Part shown: positions 52,491 to 64,000 of the stretch, in pieces
Numbering within the stretch: the first letter of the stretch is position 1
Layout of the letters: the number at the start of each line of letters is the position of its first letter
Assembly: GCA_964035545.1 (NCBI GenBank)
Contig: OZ037765.1
Coordinates: 32,487,504 to 32,551,503, forward strand
Direction: 5' to 3'
Length of the DNA stretch: 64,000 nt
Origin: Bugula neritina
Taxonomy: Eukaryota; Animalia; Bryozoa
Translations under genes and position numbers: made by a program
The notes under the pieces: model-generated
What the model was told of the DNA's origin: nothing
Database searches by the model: none
What the model saw: the letters and a program-made list of their open reading frames with translations, nothing else

Positions 52491-54749
52491 TTACTGTTTA
52501 CTGGCACGTCTACTCTCGACTGCATCAACATAGGAAAAGACCGGACAGCGTGGTTGTGAAACGTGACTAGGGCTTTTCACTTCCAGCGGATGAATCTCGT
52601 GTGAGATTCCGCCGAGGCAAAAGTTGAGATTCTCGTGGTGATCACAACTCCCACGGCTCTTTGCCTGTTTTCCCATGCGAGGCCTCTCTAGACTTTTGTT
52701 ACTGCCGCTTATACCGCGGTCACGTACACAGTCTCTGAGACACGCTGGAAGTTGCCTAGTGTGTGGTGCTGGTCCTATGTTGGCATCTCCTTGCGGAGCC
52801 CCTCCCACGGGGGGTTTTTGCACTTCCGGACCTGTTTCTGGTTCCGGAAGTGGTGATGATGGCAGGCTTGACGTTGGGGGCGGTGGGCGCACTTTCAAGG
52901 ACGGAAGTGGCCTTTCTCGCCTCGCCAAGTCTTCCTGACGTGTCATGGAGGTGTTTCCGGCCAGGTTGACAGTCTCCGCCTGCCGAGACCTTCTCGCACA
53001 ATGCGTCTGCCGCCCCGCTTCACCAGGGAGACGGCTATGCTTGTTGGTCTGGCAGACTTTGCACCGTCTCACTCTGCGTCGGATATCCCGTTCCATGTTA
53101 GGCCAGTACCACCGGAGTTGTAGCTTGGTGACCACCCCTTGGACTCCTCCGTGAGTCTCCTCGTGAGTGTCTTGTATCAACTTCCGGCGGATGGCAACTG
53201 GGCAGACAACCCTCTTCCTGGCTGGCTGTCTGCTGTTGGTGGCCAAGGTCATGGTTAGCAGACCATCTGGCCCGACCCGCAGAGAGCTCCAACGTTGACA
53301 GTACAGCCGTAACTCGGCGCATCCCTGTCGCCGTTGTGTACTACTGGGTCGTCGCCCCTCCTGTTTCGCTCGGTACACGTCGGCTACCACCCCAGGAAGG
53401 CATTCCTGGAGCTTCGGCAGCTCCCTAACGTTACCAGCCCATACAGGTTTGGCGCGGAGGCTCTGGGCAGCCTCCGGGGGCGTGTCAGCCCTCTGTTGAA
53501 GTGGCTGAGCAGGGGCGGTCCTCGCCGCCCGCGGTACCTCACGGCAGCCTGCTCTATTTAGGCGGGCTCCGTGGTCTGTGTGGCTGAACGCCTCACTGTA
53601 CCCATGTGGCAACCTAGCCATAGCCTGGCGCTTCCCGTTGCCTGTGCAGCCACACGTCCCTGGAGGAGGGGAGGCGTGGGTTGGGACGGTCCTCCGCCCT
53701 TGAGACGGGCTCTGTTGAGGACCTTCCGTCGTAGCTCCCGACGACGGCCCAATGGCTTCCTCCTGAACAGGATGGAAGCGACCCAGCATGGATCTGGGTG
53801 GTAGGTCTACTGTCTCTGAGAAGGGGTTGACACACTGCACTGAGATCTCTCCTTGCCCCGTGAGCCGGCTAAAACTACGGGCAAGTTGGACTCTCGAGTG
53901 CGTACTTTCGACAACTCCCAACTTAGAGGTTTGGCCACCGTCTACCTTGCAGCGGACGGTAGCCCGGGAGCGGCCTGGTATAGTACAGCTCCGTACTACC
54001 TGCACTGCTCCCGCTAGAGGACGACCAAACTTACCGACACAAGCGAGCTCCTTGTCGCCCATGATTATCGCAGATTTACTGAAATCGATGCGACAACCGT
54101 GTCGTTGTAAGAATGGCATCCCGAGGATAGCATCCTCGTTGAGCTGCCCGACGATAAACGTCTCCTGGATGGCCTGGTTACGGACGTAACCAGTTAGCTC
54201 AATAATGCCGTAGAAGGGAATGCACGACCCGTCTGCCAAGGTGCCATGATCCCCCTCGTACGGTGCCAACCTGTCCTTGACCTTAGCGCTGAGGGTGTCA
54301 AAGAACTGACGGCTAAGGAGGTTGGTGGTGCAGCCGGAGTCCAGGAGGAAGTTGGCAGGCTTGCCGGCTAACTTCCCTGGCAGGAAGTAGCTACTTCCGT
54401 GCGGCTGCAATTGAGTGTGCCGTGGTTGCACCTCCCTCGCTGTGGGTCGAGGGGTCCACGGTTGGCGGCGACTATTGACCAGCTGCCGAGGTTGGGGCAG
54501 TACGCCTTGCGGCGCTTGTACCGTTTCCCTCGCAGGCTCTGTGGTCAACCGTCTGCCGGCTCCGTGTTGGTGCCGGAGTGGCGTAGAGGACCCAGGCGGC
54601 GAGTGGCTTGAGCCTACTTGCCGCGGGGGTCGCCACTTCACAGCATCTCCGCGCGGCGCCCAGCGGGGCGACAGACGCGCGGGCCTCCCTGGGTGATTCA
54701 CAGACGGCCCGCAGGAGGTGGGAACATCTGCGGGCCGGGGTAGTTTAAC
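52491..54749 (-). CDS. Degenerate pol of element B: protease and integrase zinc-binding domain only
   Basis: FLLDSGCTTNLL..ILGMPFL (protease); HEETHGG..WYWPNM..CKVC (IN HHCC); no RT, RNase H or DDE core. Lies in the -1 frame relative to gag. Confidence 0.8.
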   Translation of the reverse strand, partial: VKLPRPADVPTSCGPSVNHPGRPARLSPRWAPRGDAVKWRPPRQVGSSHSPPGSSTPLRHQHGAGRRLTTEPARETVQAPQGVLPQPRQLVNSRRQPWTPRPTAREVQPRHTQLQPHGSSYFLPGKLAGKPANFLLDSGCTTNLLSRQFFDTLSAKVKDRLAPYEGDHGTLADGSCIPFYGIIELTGYVRNQAIQETFIVGQLNEDAILGMPFLQRHGCRIDFSKSAIIMGDKELACVGKFGRPLAGAVQVVRSCTIPGRSRATVRCKVDGGQTSKLGVVESTHSRVQLARSFSRLTGQGEISVQCVNPFSETVDLPPRSMLGRFHPVQEEAIGPSSGATTEGPQQSPSQGRRTVPTHASPPPGTCGCTGNGKRQAMARLPHGYSEAFSHTDHGARLNRAGCREVPRAARTAPAQPLQQRADTPPEAAQSLRAKPVWAGNVRELPKLQECLPGVVADVYRAKQEGRRPSSTQRRQGCAELRLYCQRWSSLRVGPDGLLTMTLATNSRQPARKRVVCPVAIRRKLIQDTHEETHGGVQGVVTKLQLRWYWPNMERDIRRRVRRCKVCQTNKHSRLPGEAGRQTHCARRSRQAETVNLAGNTSMTRQEDLARRERPLPSLKVRPPPPTSSLPSSPLPEPETGPEVQKPPVGGAPQGDANIGPAPHTRQLPACLRDCVRDRGISGSNKSLERPRMGKQAKSRGSCDHHENLNFCLGGISHEIHPLEVKSPSHVSQPRCPVFSYVDAVESRRASKQ

Positions 54750-55648
54750 CCTGGTGGGAGTTGAGGGCAGTTTCTCTGGAAATGTCCTGGCCTTCCGCAT
54801 TCCCAGCAGAAATGGTGCCCCATGCCTGGTGATTGTACCTGCGGCCCGCAAGGCTCACAGGCAGTATCTACCTGGCTTGGGGAGGCTAATGTGGTGACCA
54901 GTTTATCTAGCATGTCAGACATCTGTGAGATTTTTGACGCTAGTGACATCTGGTTCACACTAGCCACCGCGGAGGGTTCCGCATTTAATTCGGTGTGAGC
55001 AGTAGAGTGCTCCGTGGTCACCTGGCGGGAGGCCACGCGGTTGCGGTGCATATGAGTCGCCAAGAGATAGGCTTCTCCCACCGCAAGTGCATCTTCGACT
55101 GTGGTGACTCCCCTCGCTTGGAGTTGATGGTGGAGCCCCAAGTCGTTGATGGACTGCACGAAGGCATCATAGGTATACCTCTCACGGTGTACCGGAGGCA
55201 GATCGCGGAATGCAATCTGCGCTAATGGGTACACCGTGGCAGCGTGCTCTTCTAGTGACGTGTGAGGATCACGCCGCATCCTCTGTAGACGGGCCCGCGC
55301 ATCTATGGGAGAGATGCCAAAACGGGCCCGCAGGGAAGCAAAGATTCCGTCTATGTCAGGTCCAGCTCCGTACGGCTTAGCTTTGCCCGTCAGCGCCATC
55401 CTGAGCTTTAGCAACGCCACCCTTGGCGGCCATTCTGCAATCTCCATCACATCCTGGAATTCTTGGATGAACTGCTCCCCTGCTTCTTCGCCAGTGAAGT
55501 TGGGCGCCTTCAGCCGATATCTATCTTCACCATGCTCTCTAAGAATTCTCACTTCTTCATCTAACACCACTGGTTCCACAGGTATATCAACATTATCTCT
55601 CTCACCTTCATTCAGTGGAATGGGTAGCTCCGTGCCGTCTTCTGCCAT
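54698..55648 (-). CDS. Gag of element B
   Basis: ATG 17 nt after the PBS; capsid-like region (FIQEF..W..L.G.A) and CWECGRPGHFQRNC knuckle. Confidence 0.88.
   Translation of the reverse strand: MAEDGTELPIPLNEGERDNVDIPVEPVVLDEEVRILREHGEDRYRLKAPNFTGEEAGEQFIQEFQDVMEIAEWPPRVALLKLRMALTGKAKPYGAGPDIDGIFASLRARFGISPIDARARLQRMRRDPHTSLEEHAATVYPLAQIAFRDLPPVHRERYTYDAFVQSINDLGLHHQLQARGVTTVEDALAVGEAYLLATHMHRNRVASRQVTTEHSTAHTELNAEPSAVASVNQMSLASKISQMSDMLDKLVTTLASPSQVDTACEPCGPQVQSPGMGHHFCWECGRPGHFQRNCPQLPPGLNYPGPQMFPPPAGRL
54705..54749 (-). promoter_or_regulatory. Putative -1 ribosomal frameshift signal
   Basis: G_TTA_AAC in the gag frame (54749-54743), 5-nt spacer, perfect 10-bp GC stem CGGCCCGCAG/CTGCGGGCCG (54737-54705). 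Confidence 0.75.
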
Positions 55649-55664
55649 GACTGCTATACGCAAG

Positions 55665-55682
55665 ATCCCACCGCTGCCACCA
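55665..55682 (-). other. Primer-binding site, tRNA-Leu
   Basis: TGGTGGCAGCGGTGGGAT, complementary to the ..AUCCCACCGCUGCCACCA 3' end of eukaryotic tRNA-Leu. Confidence 0.85.
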
Positions 55683-58398
55683 CTGTAGTAATTTGTGCAA
55701 TTACTGAGCGTGAGTTATTTACTTGCGTATAGTTAGCTGGTTATTCTGTTATCAATTACTGAGGTAGCTGTCGAGTAATTATATTTATTATCCACAATAA
55801 AGCATAAACCAAACATCACATCAAATTATCCTATACAAGAGTCAACTACTAACACATGTTACTACTACAAGCCTCCGCTTACAACAACGTGATATAATCT
55901 TAATAACCCGGGAAGTGTCACGTGACTCGGAAGCATATCTTCCGGAGCTGCTAATTGGTTGCTACATAAGAGTCTAAGTATTCCAAGAATAGGGAGAGGG
56001 CGATTCCTGTATTTGTACTTGCACTACTCACTACACTAGCTACTCGTAGTTGCAGTGCGCTGAGTAGCTAGCCGGCAGAGCAGCTTGGGACTTCATTTAG
56101 AGTAGTTGTGTATTAAAGCTCACTAATTATGTAATCGTTTTCTATTCATGCTAGCAGTAAATAACCTTCTTGTATTTGTATAAATAATAAAGTATCTTAT
56201 CGTAAACAACCTGGTGCAGTGGCTTTGATTAAGTAGACCCACACATAATAATAGTGAACTGGCAAAATTCACTACAATATGAAATATTGGCAGTATAATA
56301 ATTATTGTTCTCACTTCAAATGAGAAAACGTTGATAAAAAGTACATATTTGAGAGTTGTCTAAACAAGATTTCATTATCCAATGAGAGGTTGGAATAATT
56401 ATTGCATATAAAGTAGTATGAATTGTCTCCTTTTCTATGTACAGCGAAGAAGGAACACAACCCTGGAAACATCATGATGAGAACAGCAATTTAGTCGTGA
56501 TTAACAATTGACACCGATCAGTTAAAAACATTTTGTTCATTTCTAACTCAGATACAGTCTTTGCGTCCCATTTTTATTTTCTGATACACCTATTACAGCG
56601 TTAGACACATCTATATTAGAATATGTATTACACGCACACGCACACACACACACTCGCGCAATCTATCCGATACACTTAATATAAGCCAACAGTGTACCTT
56701 GCCTGAATATCATTTATTCTCTCAATGCAGCACAATTTTACTTGGCTAAAACATTCTTTTATAAGCAAATTTATATGTGAAAGATTTCTGATCTGCATGT
56801 TATGTTGAATGATTCAAAGTATAATAATATGATATACTGGTAGCTAATGGTCACCAGTAACGGATACTTGAACTATAAAATAATCCAACTTTTATTGCTC
56901 AAGAGCAAATTGATCTTGCAACTTTTAGCTCCAATATAAAATGTAATATAAATAGCATTGACGAGATAAGTGTGCAGGTTTTCTTTACAATTGTAATGGT
57001 AACTATACTCAGACTAGCAATCCTAAAATTCTCATTTTATTATCACAATAAAGGCACGTGTTGCTTAGTTACGTGTTGCTTAGTTACGTAAACAGGTACG
57101 CCAGTCTTATACTTTATAGCATGAACAAGCATTATATGATTGTTTTTAAAGCTATTCTAGTAAGCAATATTGTTAATGTATTGGAAAGTTAACAAAAGGG
57201 TTTGCATTGAATTCTAGAGACCCTACACATTATGGAAGCAGTGAAACTATAACTGAAGTTATTATCAGTATTTCTATCATAGTTTCAATTTACTAATAGT
57301 TTATTGTTAATAAACCAACACTATGGAGCCTGTAATAATGTTGTGAATTTATACAGCGTTATAAATTGTACTGTGGGTATTACAGCTCAGAAATGTACTC
57401 TTTGTACATTAGAGACTCAGAGAAGTGCGGGAGATTATAATCCACTTGAGTGTATAATTGGATAGTTTATTTATAACAATAATCCCCACGAATCAAAAGC
57501 TACATAGCAAAAAGATAAATTAAGTGCGCAAGTAAAACTAACTACTAATATAATCTAGGCTAAGATAGAGCCACTAGCTGTCCTAGTCTCAATAATCTAC
57601 ATAGCAAGACATGAAGAGGTGAACACATCTAAATAATATTAGAAAATAGTAAAATAAATTGCAATATTTTAAGTTGCTGTAGATTGCATTTTCTATGAGA
57701 AAACTAGTCTAAGGAATCTTATTGGCTTTTCTCATATTGTGACAAAGATCAAAGGTCTCCTAGCTTGCATAATATTATGCATGCTAATTACTATGTAGCA
57801 TGCAAGGCAAATGGTCATACTTGACCTGAAATAAACACGCACACACACATATATAAACTAAAATCCTATAAATTAAATTAAACATGCTATAGCCTACATG
57901 GCAGAAGTTCGGAGATTAGGCTATACAAAATTGTTCTTTGTATTTGCATAGTACAAAATTAAAAAAATATTGCAGTAAAAAAAATGTTCTAAGTAATAAT
58001 TAGTAGCAGAAACAGCTTAATCCAAATTGCAGGAAAACCTAAATAACTTCTTTACTGCTTTCGCAATATCAAAGGTAAAATTATTAAATTAACACTACAT
58101 GCAATTCTACAACCATTTCAAATAGAGTACAAATAGTGATTAAATGGTAGATAAAGTAGTAACCTAGACTCTAGACTCTAGAGAGTGATAGTTTGATTAA
58201 GGAGGAACTTGCTTGAAAGTAATTCTACGAATCAGTAGTTTCGTTTCAAAGAAATTTAGATATCTGGCTCATAAAATAAAATAATAGACTGTCCTTCAGG
58301 AAATATCTAACCATAGCGCGATAACCTTATATCCAGCTAAGTCACTACTTGAAATTTTACACAGCTTCCATAAAAAATCCTTCAAGTGAATGAAACTT

Positions 58399-63959
<5,561 letters not shown>

Positions 63960-64000
63960 CTAACCAAAGGCAGCTAGTGCAATAAAAGGAGAATGTGGGC

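Larger units (their letters stand above)
50778..56035 (-). mobile_element. LTR retrotransposon B, Ty3/Gypsy-derived, non-autonomous, three ORFs
   Basis: 352-bp LTRs 50778-51129 and 55684-56035 (TGTAG..CTACA, no difference seen by eye); CTAG TSD (50774-50777, 56036-56039); PBS 55665-55682; PPT GGGGGGGACGG at 51130-51140 (minus). Confidence 0.95.

Noticed and set aside
55665-55682. tRNA gene
   Set aside because: Only the 18-nt 3' end is present, i.e. a PBS; no cloverleaf.
52675-55688. Many short antisense and alternate-frame ORFs in element B
   Set aside because: Expected in GC-rich sequence overlapping gag/pol; no recognisable motifs.

Overview
AT-rich, intron-rich animal (invertebrate-like) genomic DNA; most short ORFs in the supplied track are artefacts, and the real genes are spliced models rebuilt by hand from GT-AG exons. 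In order: a THEG-repeat gene (minus, runs off the left edge); NAF1 (minus) and PKMYT1/Myt1 kinase (plus), head-to-head; a small antisense membrane-protein gene nested in PKMYT1 intron 5; two tandem single-exon class A peptide GPCRs; a probable divergent HPS6 gene (minus); and a caspase (minus, runs off the right edge). Two young LTR retrotransposons (apparently identical LTRs, intact PBS, PPT and TSD) both lack reverse transcriptase. Element A (38703-43107) is Gmr1-type Gag-PR-IN with RT/RNase H deleted and sits in a 15-bp satellite. Element B (50778-56035) has Gag, a candidate -1 frameshift signal, a gutted but still open pol, and an extra Zn-finger/coiled-coil ORF in the env position. Also present are several MITEs and palindromes, and many minisatellites anchored at splice sites. 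All homology calls are from motif recognition only; no database search was run.
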